From the NCBI GenBank assembly GCA_903937035.1, contig CAIZXS010000005.1:62746-126745 (forward strand): a DNA stretch of 64,000 bases. Reading direction: 5' to 3'. A program made the position numbers and the translations under genes. This stretch comes from an uncultured bacterium. Lineage in GTDB: Bacteria; Patescibacteriota; Minisyncoccia; Moranbacterales; UBA2206. Below, one piece after another: positions 28,792 to 36,498 of the stretch; the first letter of the stretch is position 1; every line of letters begins with the position of its first letter. The notes below the pieces were generated by a model that worked only from the letters and a program-made list of their open reading frames with translations, had not been told where the DNA came from and did not search any database.

Positions 28792-28929
28792 TGTCATTCT
28801 GAGCGTAGCACAGCGGAGTCGAAGAATCTGCTTGCTATAATCCCAATTTTTACTATAAATCACTAAGTCAGTAATAATGGTCAGTAGGTCCTTCGGCTAC
28901 GTCTGAGTACAGATTTCGCTCAGGATAAA
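28792..28929. repeat. Dispersed palindromic element, family A, copy 2
   Basis: TGTCATTCTGAGCGTAGC...GTCGAAGAATCTG ... GGTCCTTCGGCT...TTCGCTCAGGATA. Confidence 0.8.
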
Positions 28930-28934
28930 AAATT

Positions 28935-29153
28935 ATGCAACTCGGAAAATATCAACATTACAAAGGAAAATATTATGAAGTGTTAGGCGTGGCACATCAT
29001 AGCGAAACATTGGAGGAATTGGTTGTTTATCGTGCGCTCTATGTCAGCCCTGAATTTGGAGAAAATGCATTATGGGTTCGACCGAAGAAAATGTTTTTGG
29101 AAGAGGTTATTATTGAAGGCAAAAGAGTTCCGCGGTTTGAATTTATAAAATAG
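28935..29153 (+). CDS. DUF1653-family protein
   Basis: GKYQHYKG..Y.V.GVA.HSET.E.LVVYRALY......LWVRP..MF.E.V......PRF. Confidence 0.93.
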   Translation: MQLGKYQHYKGKYYEVLGVAHHSETLEELVVYRALYVSPEFGENALWVRPKKMFLEEVIIEGKRVPRFEFIK

Positions 29154-29162
29154 AATCACCAT

Positions 29163-29188
29163 AAAGACGTCCCACTGGGATGTCTTTT
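29163..29188 (+). terminator. Intrinsic terminator
   Basis: aaagacgtccc-act-gggatgtctttt. Confidence 0.7.
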
Positions 29189-29211
29189 GTTATAAAACAG
29201 ACAGCCCGCCA

Positions 29212-29388
29212 AAATCCACCTCACCCTTTTACCTTCAAGCCGTTGAAGGTAAAATCTCCTTAGCAAGGAGAGGGGACGGAACGCAGAGATGTTGGGTGTA
29301 TTTATGGTGATTTTAGAATGGAAAGATGCTGAAGTAGGCCTTCTCCTTATCAAGGAGAAGGTGGTCGAAGACCGGATGAGGTGAGTTT
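29212..29388. repeat. Dispersed palindromic element, family B, copy 1 (inverted relative to copies 2 and 3)
   Basis: AAATCCACCTCACCCT...TCTCCTTAGCAAGGAGAGGG ... CCTTCTCCTTATCAAGGAGAAGGTGG...GGATGAGGTGAGTTT. Confidence 0.8.
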
Positions 29389-30325
29389 ACTTCTGACACC
29401 CCGCGCAGTAAAATACACTCCTTTGCGCCATCTTTTTACGCAAAACTAATCCACCGCATTTGGCAGGACAAGGCAATTTATCTCGACGATAAACTTTAAG
29501 CATTTCTTGAAAATGTCCCGGTGCGCCGTCTGAATCGCGATAATCACTGTCCGATGTTCCGCGCATTTTGATGGCGAGCTTTAGAATTTTTTTTGTTGCA
29601 AGAAAGATTTTTTTTCGTTCAACTTTTTCGAGACTTTCATTTTTGCGCTCCGGCAGAACGCCAGCAGTAAAAAGAATTTCACTGCGATAGATGTTGCCGA
29701 TGCCCGAGACGATGCTTTGGTCGAGAAGAAAAATGCCAATGAGCATTTTTGGTTTTGCATCCAATAGTGCGTTAAATTTAGCGAGAGTGAAATCGGTGCT
29801 CATAGCATCAATCCCAATCTTTTTTTCCGCTAAATATTTTTCGAGCGCTTTGGTTTCCAAGAGTCGCATCGTGGCAAATTTCCGCAAATCAGAAAATTCC
29901 AGAGTCCTATTCTTATTCAAATACCAAATGTGATGAATATATTGATTAACTTTGTCGTCGAAGAAACTCACCTCATCCGCCCTACAGGCACCTTCTCCTT
30001 GGTAAGGAGAGGGGCTTTTTGTATTTTGTTCCCTCTTCTTACTGAGGAGATGGTTAGGGTGAGGTGGATTTGACTTCACGAGCAAATGCCCAGTCATCCT
30101 CAGATGAATATGCAAAGACTTTCCGCCAGAAAGATTGAGAAATATATTTTTTCCCACTCGCTCAGCCAAAAGAATTTTTTTGTTTTTCATCTCACGCTTA
30201 AATTTTTCCAAAACCGTACCTTTAATGGCAGATGGAAAATCAGACCAGAATTTTGTAATGGTAGCGCCTTTAATTTTCTTATTCAAATCCGCCACAACTG
30301 TTTCAACCTCAGGTAGTTCGGGCAT
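29387..30325 (-). CDS. mutM: Formamidopyrimidine-DNA glycosylase (Fpg) with an in-frame repeat-derived insertion
   Basis: MPELPEVETV, R.GK, HLRMTG, D.RKF, LLDQ..VSGIGNIY..E.LF, C-terminal Zn finger C...C...R...YC..CQ. Confidence 0.95.
   Translation of the reverse strand: MPELPEVETVVADLNKKIKGATITKFWSDFPSAIKGTVLEKFKREMKNKKILLAERVGKNIFLNLSGGKSLHIHLRMTGHLLVKSNPPHPNHLLSKKREQNTKSPSPYQGEGACRADEVSFFDDKVNQYIHHIWYLNKNRTLEFSDLRKFATMRLLETKALEKYLAEKKIGIDAMSTDFTLAKFNALLDAKPKMLIGIFLLDQSIVSGIGNIYRSEILFTAGVLPERKNESLEKVERKKIFLATKKILKLAIKMRGTSDSDYRDSDGAPGHFQEMLKVYRRDKLPCPAKCGGLVLRKKMAQRSVFYCAGCQK
29964..30071. repeat. Family B palindromic element, copy 2, inserted in frame in mutM
   Basis: 108 bp: AAACTCACCTCATCC...CACCTTCTCCTTGGTAAGGAGAGGGGCT...TAGGGTGAGGTGGATTT; near-identical to 33308-33415. 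Confidence 0.85.
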
Positions 30326-30329
30326 AAAT

Positions 30330-31094
30330 TTAGCTTAATTGATTATTCAACTCTGGCGATTTGCTTGGAATCATATGCCACATCGTCCTGTGGATGCTCA
30401 AAAGGCTTTCATAAATCTTCTGGCTTTCGATAATTAGTCCAAACTGTTCTTCGAAAGACATGATGCCAACTTTATTATATCCATAAAGATTGATGCTGAC
30501 TGTAATTTTGAAAAATTCTGAATTGACCGCCTTGAACCGGCGGAATTGTACAGTATTCTTTTTGGCAATTTCTTTGAATTTTTCGGTGTCTGGATGGAGA
30601 CTATTGACCCAGACCTTATTCTTTATTCGAATAGGGATGTAAATATCATCAACCCATTTGGCATCAAAATTTGAGAGCCATGTTTCTGAATACCAAGAGT
30701 ATGTCTCTTTGACCGAGCTATTGGCGATAGCCCTAAATACCTCCTTGATTCCTTCTTCCCCTTCAAAAAAGCGAATGATTGGCTTTTTATCAATCAAGTT
30801 GGTGATGGAAAGCAGTTGTGGCATTAGTTTATCGACTGCTTCCATTTTTTCTACCAGCGTATGTTTAATTTTCTTAGGATTTTCGGCGTAGTATATTGAC
30901 TTCCCTTTCTTTTTATAGTGGCTAACCAGCCCCTTCTTGCCCAGTGAGGTCAAAACTAAATAGACCGTGGTTCTTTTGACTCCTGATTTTCTCGATAAGC
31001 GTTCGACGCTGGTCTCTCCTAGTTCCAAAGCGGCCAAATAGACTTTGGCCTCGTTGGCGCTGAGATCTAGCTTTTCTAGTTCATTAAAAAGCAT
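30330..31094 (-). CDS. TrmB-family transcriptional regulator (wHTH plus C-terminal effector domain), copy 1
   Basis: L..L.LS.NEAKVYLA.LELG......LSRKSGVKRTTVY..L..L..KGLV, Y.AENP, P.IRFFEG.EG, IIES..I..SL.....MW. Confidence 0.9.
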   Translation of the reverse strand: MLFNELEKLDLSANEAKVYLAALELGETSVERLSRKSGVKRTTVYLVLTSLGKKGLVSHYKKKGKSIYYAENPKKIKHTLVEKMEAVDKLMPQLLSITNLIDKKPIIRFFEGEEGIKEVFRAIANSSVKETYSWYSETWLSNFDAKWVDDIYIPIRIKNKVWVNSLHPDTEKFKEIAKKNTVQFRRFKAVNSEFFKITVSINLYGYNKVGIMSFEEQFGLIIESQKIYESLLSIHRTMWHMIPSKSPELNNQLS

Positions 31095-31196
31095 AATTTG
31101 ATTTTATTGTTTATTTTGTCATCAAAAATGACAACAAATATAGTCTAGCATAGAGGCTTAATTGAAGCAAGTATAGTGCTATAGGAAAAGAGTATA

Positions 31197-31236
31197 TCCA
31201 TAATCTATGGACAATTTAACAATTTTCTAGTATACT
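31197..31236 (+). promoter_or_regulatory. Sigma70 promoter with a palindromic operator candidate over the -35 (cassette 1)
   Basis: TCCATA-atc-TATGGA palindrome; TGGACA(31208)-17-TATACT(31231)ACGC; same motif at 42221-42256. Confidence 0.7.
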
Positions 31237-31308
31237 ACGCTGTTAGGATAAATTGTCCAAAGGATCCAGATAAAATCTTAGCCAAAATAATTATTAAGCC
31301 AAAAACCT

Positions 31309-31509
31309 ATGCAAATGATCTTGAACAGCGGAATGCGGATTGATGATCCTCCGGATATGTCGGAAAAAACCAGAAAATATCTTAATCAGTTCTGGCACTT
31401 TCCTTCCAAGGAGGATGTGATAAAAGAAAAAGATAAGCACTATAACTTTGAATGCAAGAGAGAATGGCAAAGAAGAGATGATCAGACTGAAAATGAAATT
31501 AATCCGTAG
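31309..31509 (+). CDS. Conserved small leader protein (66 aa), paralog of 33704..33907
   Basis: MQMILNSG..I..PP.MSEKTRKYLNQFW.FPSKE...KEK.K.Y..EC, shared with the second copy. Confidence 0.75.
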   Translation: MQMILNSGMRIDDPPDMSEKTRKYLNQFWHFPSKEDVIKEKDKHYNFECKREWQRRDDQTENEINP

Positions 31510-31578
31510 ATTCTAGTGGAAGATAGAAAGCACTTCTGTCTTCCCTAGAGTTTATCTGGGTCTAGATGGCTCGCAGTT
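31510..31578 (+). ncRNA. Conserved two-hairpin cis RNA element directly after the leader stop codon (copy 1)
   Basis: Homologous to 33908-33978, with compensatory base changes in both stems. Confidence 0.6.
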
Positions 31579-31701
31579 ACTTAAAAACAGAATAATTCGA
31601 CCAAGGCTCGGATTTGCATAGTGCGGATTCATTTGGGAGTTATTTTGGCTGAGAAAACATTATCGCCTGTATCGGTGGGATAGAAATGGAGCAGGGGGAA
31701 A

Positions 31702-31884
31702 ATGGGAAACAGAGAGGATGTGAGTAGGATGAATAGTCCAGAGTATTCAGCTTACTGTAGTTATTGGGTTAATTCTAATAACTCTTATTCAAAGAAAAGT
31801 AATAATAAGGACGAAGAGCCATGGCACCTGAGGGGCTATGATAGGGATGACCCCTATACGCGTCACCTCAAGGGGGAGGATTAA
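31702..31884 (+). CDS. Small hydrophilic hypothetical protein
   Basis: 60-aa ORF with an AGGGGG RBS; no recognisable domain. Confidence 0.4.
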   Translation: MGNREDVSRMNSPEYSAYCSYWVNSNNSYSKKSNNKDEEPWHLRGYDRDDPYTRHLKGED

Positions 31885-31958
31885 TAACAGGCTTGAGGCA
31901 ATCAAGTGAGAATCATCACAATTTATTCGTTCCATTTAATTAATATAAGGAGGTGGTC

Positions 31959-32477
31959 ATGAAAAAAATGAAAATTCTTATTGTTGATGACAAGAAAGAG
32001 AATATTACCGCCGCAAAAGTTGCTGCGGAAAAGTTTGGTCTTTGCGATGTTACGTATGCCTCTAGTGCCAAAGAAGTGATGGAGATTATCGTGACAGTGT
32101 ATGAAACCGAAAAAACTTTTTTTGATCTCGTGATTAGCGATCTTGAGATGGAGGAAGAAGAAAGTGGGATGATGGTTATGATTAAAAGCGCTGAATATCT
32201 TGCGCTGGCCATTATTGTTACTGGACGGGAAAAGGGAGGGCACGGTCACGGACCAAGCACGAAAATTCAACCGACGGGAAGGGTGGTTGATGGTAGAAAA
32301 GATGATTGTTGTGTTTGGGAAAAGGTTTTTCATGAAATCGAGAAAACCTGCACAGAAGAGCCCTATAAGCAAATTCTTGAATCGCTACAAAGCTACAAGA
32401 AATTCGTCACCAGGCCGTCTAGCGAAATTGGCAAGCTGGTGTTGACCGATTATGGCGTATACTTCAAGCGCTATTAG
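31959..32477 (+). CDS. Orphan response-regulator receiver-like protein
   Basis: TAAGGAGGT RBS; KILIVDD, YASSA.E, FDLVISDLEM, IIVTG, plus a GGHGHGP motif; no kinase in the window. Confidence 0.7.
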   Translation: MKKMKILIVDDKKENITAAKVAAEKFGLCDVTYASSAKEVMEIIVTVYETEKTFFDLVISDLEMEEEESGMMVMIKSAEYLALAIIVTGREKGGHGHGPSTKIQPTGRVVDGRKDDCCVWEKVFHEIEKTCTEEPYKQILESLQSYKKFVTRPSSEIGKLVLTDYGVYFKRY

Positions 32478-32500
32478 AATCTACGAAGAATACGATTTTT

Positions 32501-32536
32501 AAAAGGGAACCGTCCATCACGACCGTTCCCTTTTTT
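32501..32536. terminator. Intrinsic terminator between convergent genes
   Basis: aaaagggaac...gttccctttttt. Confidence 0.65.
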
Positions 32537-32549
32537 CTATGTTCAAAAT

Positions 32550-33296
32550 CTATTTTTTTGCCATCTTCCAAAGTAAATCAAAATAGGATAGATAGGATTT
32601 GCGAAAATCTTCGTTTTTTATTTCAATGCAAAACATATCTTCACCACTGCCTGTGCCATAGGAATTGAGGGTGATGGAATCGTGCCAGATGTCAAAAGAT
32701 GTCGGTGAGGAATAGCCTTCCGGCAAAAAGCGATATTCCGAATTGGCGCGTTTCACGAGCTTCGCTTCTTCGGAGCCGATATTGCCAAAAATCAGCCTTG
32801 TTTTAATATTTTTTTTCGTGCGGATGCGATTGCTTCTTTCAAATACGCCGGATTTCTGCATCAATTCTTTGAACCGCATTGCTGCGCCAGTGACAACCAG
32901 ATATTCAGAATTGATTGGCATTAAATCATCTTTTCGCATAATCAATTCGCGATAAGCTTTTGCGCCTTCATAGATCCTGATTTCTTGGCCTTTCTTCTGG
33001 CCGACCAATTTTGCATTGATTTCTTCCATCAAATTCTTAGCCACAACTTCTTGTTGCCTAATGTTATCCAAAATATTTTGCGGATTGGCGATGCGAAAAA
33101 CCAAGCGGTTATTTTTGGTGGTTTTTAGCACCATTTTTTTATTCTCGAGTCCATCCAGCGCGTCATAGGCAACTTGTCGATGCATTCCTAGTTTTTTGAT
33201 TAAGGGGCCAACCGTATTTTCGCCCAATTCTAAAAGCGCATTATAGATTTTAATCTCATTGGGTGTGAGTCCAAGTTGTTTTAGTTCGTTTTCCAT
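32550..33296 (-). CDS. TrmB-family transcriptional regulator, copy 2
   Basis: LKQLGLT.NEIKIY.ALLELG......LIKKLGMHR..AYDAL..L, IRIYEG, IEIKN......Y..YF..LW. Confidence 0.9.
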   Translation of the reverse strand: MENELKQLGLTPNEIKIYNALLELGENTVGPLIKKLGMHRQVAYDALDGLENKKMVLKTTKNNRLVFRIANPQNILDNIRQQEVVAKNLMEEINAKLVGQKKGQEIRIYEGAKAYRELIMRKDDLMPINSEYLVVTGAAMRFKELMQKSGVFERSNRIRTKKNIKTRLIFGNIGSEEAKLVKRANSEYRFLPEGYSSPTSFDIWHDSITLNSYGTGSGEDMFCIEIKNEDFRKSYLSYFDLLWKMAKK

Positions 33297-33307
33297 AGAT
33301 TTTAATT

Positions 33308-33415
33308 AAATCCACCTCATCCGGCCTACGGCCACCTTCTCCTTGGTAAGGAGAAGGGCTCTTTTTGCATTCGTTTCCTCTCCTTACTAAGGAGAGGGCT
33401 AGGGTGAGGTGGATT
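33308..33415. repeat. Family B palindromic element, copy 3, in the 5' UTR of TrmB copy 2
   Basis: AAATCCACCTCATCCGGCCTACGGCCACCTTCTCCTTGGTAAGGAGAAGGGCT...CCTCTCCTTACTAAGGAGAGGGCTAGGGTGAGGTGGATT. Confidence 0.85.
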
Positions 33416-33486
33416 CTAAAAAAGTCTTATTTAATTATCATCACCCCAAAACTGACCATATTTCAAAAATCCCTTATTCTGGCTTA

Positions 33487-33563
33487 ATTATACATCAGTT
33501 TAAAACTTATGTCAACATCGTCGCAATAATACTGTTGACAATAATCGATTTATCTGGTAAGCT
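33487..33563. promoter_or_regulatory. Back-to-back sigma70 promoters (cassette 2)
   Basis: Minus strand: TTGACA(33515-10)-17-TATAAT(33492-87). Plus strand: TTGACA(33535-40)-17-TAAGCT(33558-63) with TGn. Confidence 0.7.
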
Positions 33564-33703
33564 TTTGAGTCAAGTTGAGAGAGGGCTCTCGAGGAGACAG
33601 GGTAATTTAACCTTATTGTTGAGTCAAGATATTCAAAATAAGCCTTAAAAAGGGCATATGTGAATAGAGAAGCTTTACAATGCTAATCTTTAAGCTAAAA
33701 ACC

Positions 33704-33907
33704 ATGAAAATGCTCTTAAATAATGGAAGTGTAATCAATAATGCTCCAATTATGTCAGAAAAGACCAGAAAATATCTTAATCAGTTTTGGCGCTTTCCTT
33801 CCAAAGAAGAAACTGAAAAAGAGAAGGAGAAATATTATATCGTTGAATGTAGTAAAAAGTCGCAAACAACAGATGAATTTGTAGTTGAGCATGATATCTG
33901 CATATAG
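33704..33907 (+). CDS. Conserved small leader protein (67 aa), paralog of 31309..31509
   Basis: MKMLLNNGSVINNAPIMSEKTRKYLNQFWRFPSKEE...; upstream ttaagcYaaaaacc is shared with copy 1, supporting the ATG at 33704. Confidence 0.75.
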   Translation: MKMLLNNGSVINNAPIMSEKTRKYLNQFWRFPSKEETEKEKEKYYIVECSKKSQTTDEFVVEHDICI

Positions 33908-33978
33908 GTTCCAGTCGAAGACAGAAAAAGCTTCTGTCTTCCCTGGAGTTTATCTAAATTCTTAGGTAGCTCGTAGTT
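33908..33978 (+). ncRNA. Conserved two-hairpin cis RNA element after the leader stop codon (copy 2)
   Basis: TTCCAG-TC-GAAGACAGAA-aaagc-TTCTGTCTTC-C-CTGGAG-TTTATCTAA-attc-TTAGGTAGCTC. Confidence 0.6.
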
Positions 33979-34008
33979 TTTGAACATTTAAAATTGGAGG
34001 AATGAAGA

Positions 34009-34572
34009 ATGCAGATTAAATCAGTAGGTTTCTTCGGCGGCACGAACCTGCAGGATGGTTCGGTGGGGTATCTAATCCTTGAAGACTTGGGGAAGCAGCT
34101 GGCGCTTATCGGAATTGAAGTAATAACTGGCGCGCTCAGTGGCGCCATGGAAGCGCCGGCAAAAGGTGCAACTTCTGTTGAAAACGGAAAGGCCAGAGGG
34201 TATACCTTTCTGGGACTGGGTTGCAACAAGTATATTAATGAGCCGGTTGATTGTTCCACTTTCTGCGGGGAGGCCCTGGTAATGGAGTTGCAGTACGGAG
34301 TTCGCTTAGGGTACCTACTCTCCTCTGATGCATTTGTTGTCACAGAGGGAAACGCGGGGACATTGGTTGAGGTCATGGCCATCATGAACTTTAACTCTCG
34401 GGGCTGGAAGCCCCAAAAAAAAGTGGCCTTCATTGACCCTAGTGGGAATTGGACTAAAACACTTAACATGCTCAAGGAGAATGGTTTTATCTCTGAGAGC
34501 GCGTTGTTGCCCGTTAAAATTTTTGAAAGTTCTAAGATTCAGGAGATTATCAACTGGATTTGCGAGAAGTAA
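34009..34572 (+). CDS. LOG/SLOG-superfamily Rossmann-like nucleotide-binding protein
   Basis: VGFFGG, LG..LA..G...ITG...GAMEA.AKGA....G...G, R...L..SDAFVV..GNAGTLVE. Confidence 0.8.
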   Translation: MQIKSVGFFGGTNLQDGSVGYLILEDLGKQLALIGIEVITGALSGAMEAPAKGATSVENGKARGYTFLGLGCNKYINEPVDCSTFCGEALVMELQYGVRLGYLLSSDAFVVTEGNAGTLVEVMAIMNFNSRGWKPQKKVAFIDPSGNWTKTLNMLKENGFISESALLPVKIFESSKIQEIINWICEK

Positions 34573-34607
34573 ATAATTGTTCTTTTTGAAAGGAGGTGAT
34601 CGTAGAG

Positions 34608-34673
34608 TTGAAGTCTTTGATTGAACTAATCAAAGACTTCCTCACACTAGAGCTTGAAAAAATCGAGCTTTGA
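34608..34673 (+). CDS. Putative 21-aa amphipathic micropeptide (MKSLIELIKDFLTLELEKIEL)
   Basis: Extended SD AAGGAGGTGATC shortly before a TTG; ORF overlaps a perfect hairpin. Confidence 0.35.
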   Translation: MKSLIELIKDFLTLELEKIEL

Positions 34674-34701
34674 TATGAGTTAATAATAAATTTAAATAAT
34701 T

Positions 34702-36108
34702 ATGAAAAAATTACACAGAAAGTCACCAAATAGCCATCTTTTCACTGAAGAGGATTTCCACTTGTGCGAGCTGACACAAACGTTTAGCGTCAGTAATATT
34801 TGGCTGGAAAAAGGCATGCAAAATCAGATTGCAACTTATGATTTAATGATTCGCGATATGCCGAAAAATAGGAGTTTTTTTGTGGCAAGCGGACTGGAAG
34901 AATTGGTCAGTCATGTTTTGAAAAATCGCTATTCCAAGGAGGATATTCGATACCTGCAAAAATTGAAAGTGATCACGCCAAAATTTGCCGCGTACCTGAA
35001 AAAGTTTAAATTTAGCGGAGACATTTGGGCGATGCCGGAAGGAACTATTTTTTTCCCCGGCGAACCGATTGTGCGCATTACCGGACCAATCATTGAGGGG
35101 AATATTATGACCATTCTTCTCATCAATTCGATTGTCAGTAATACTATTTTTACTTCTAAGGTAATCCGACCGCTTATTGCAGCTCAAGGTCGATTAGTGA
35201 TTGGCCCGGGGATGCTGCGAGCACAAAGTTTTGAGTCTGGCATGAAAGCCAGTCGCGCGTCATATATCTGTGGACTAGCACAAAATCTTATGGCACTTCA
35301 CAGGAAATATAATCTTAGGCAGTCTGCGCCAATGGCCTATTCCTATCATGCGTTCATGAAATCTTTTGATGGTGAAATTGAAGCCATGCGAGCAATGACC
35401 AACATCTTCCCAGCTGCCTATTTCATGGTGGATACTTATGATTTTGATGAGGGACTCAAAAATGCAATTAAGGTTGCCAAGGAATTGGAAATGCGTGGTA
35501 AACGACTAGCGGGGATAACGATTGATAGCGGAGATTTGGTTGCGCTTTCCAAAAAAGTCCGTCGCGAGCTTAATCGACATGGCTTGCAGTATGTCAAAAT
35601 TTCGGTGGCCAGCAATTTGGATGAGTATAAAATTGCCAAAATGATGAAGCAGGGAATTGCAGCCGATAGTTTTCTTTGTCAGACGGAAATGATTACCGTA
35701 ACAGATGAACCAAAATTGGAAGCTATTTTCAAGCTGGCCGAAATTCGTGATGGCAAAACAATTAAGCATATGGCCAAATTGACCCCAGGGAAATTATCAC
35801 TTCCCGGTCGAAAGCAAGTTTATCGGATCTATGACAAAAAAGGCAAATTTAAAAAAGATATCATCGGATTAGAAAATGAAAAAAATGGTGGCGTTCCGCT
35901 ACTATTGCCAATAATTCAAAAAGGCAAAGTAGCCTATAAATTCCCAACATTAGATGAAATCGCCCTGCACGTCAAAAACCAGATTCAGAAACTTCCTGAA
36001 AACTTGTTGGATGTGACGAAGACGAATCCGTATGAAGTGGGAATTAGTAGGAATGTTTTGAAAATATTGGATGATCTGAGAAAAAAACATCAAAGTCATA
36101 ATGGATAG
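34702..36108 (+). CDS. Nicotinate phosphoribosyltransferase-like protein (PncB family, divergent)
   Basis: R.MP.NR.F.V..GLE, F.F.GDIWAMPEGT.FFPGEPIVRI, HAF..SF..E.EA, VDTYD...G..NAI, DSGDL, SNLDEY.I, K...PGRKQVYR. Confidence 0.85.
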   Translation: MKKLHRKSPNSHLFTEEDFHLCELTQTFSVSNIWLEKGMQNQIATYDLMIRDMPKNRSFFVASGLEELVSHVLKNRYSKEDIRYLQKLKVITPKFAAYLKKFKFSGDIWAMPEGTIFFPGEPIVRITGPIIEGNIMTILLINSIVSNTIFTSKVIRPLIAAQGRLVIGPGMLRAQSFESGMKASRASYICGLAQNLMALHRKYNLRQSAPMAYSYHAFMKSFDGEIEAMRAMTNIFPAAYFMVDTYDFDEGLKNAIKVAKELEMRGKRLAGITIDSGDLVALSKKVRRELNRHGLQYVKISVASNLDEYKIAKMMKQGIAADSFLCQTEMITVTDEPKLEAIFKLAEIRDGKTIKHMAKLTPGKLSLPGRKQVYRIYDKKGKFKKDIIGLENEKNGGVPLLLPIIQKGKVAYKFPTLDEIALHVKNQIQKLPENLLDVTKTNPYEVGISRNVLKILDDLRKKHQSHNG

Positions 36109-36164
36109 TTGCTGTTTGTTGATAGGATAATAAAAACCCAGTACTTTAAAAAAAGGAGAGCAAT

Positions 36165-36482
36165 ATGTATAAAAAAGTTATTATTATGGCGGCTTTGGTA
36201 CTACTGTTGGTATTTGTCACGCAGTCTCAATTGCATGCGGAATCTAAGACATACGAAATTACTGGAATATTGCAAGACGTAATATTCAATTTTGATGGGC
36301 CATCATTCACTGCCTTTTGCCTTAAGGGTGGCAAGACTAGAATGATCGTAATTGCCGATGTTCCAAGGGAGATTGCTCTCGAAAGGGGAAAAATGTGTGT
36401 TGTGCGATATGCTGAGGGCGATGATGGATTCTATCATTTTTTAAGCATCGAATATAAAAGCGATGTGACAAAAGCACCATAA
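36165..36482 (+). CDS. Hypothetical exported protein
   Basis: AAGGAG RBS and a signal-peptide-like N-terminus. Confidence 0.6.
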   Translation: MYKKVIIMAALVLLLVFVTQSQLHAESKTYEITGILQDVIFNFDGPSFTAFCLKGGKTRMIVIADVPREIALERGKMCVVRYAEGDDGFYHFLSIEYKSDVTKAP

Positions 36483-36498
36483 AAATTTAGGAGTAAAT

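Noticed and set aside
29156-29353. 65-aa minus-strand ORF (also 33409..33648 +)
   Set aside because: They fall on a family B repeat, a terminator and promoter DNA; no coding evidence.
31510-31578. Integron attC site
   Set aside because: No RYYYAAC/GTTRRRY core pair and no integrase in the window.
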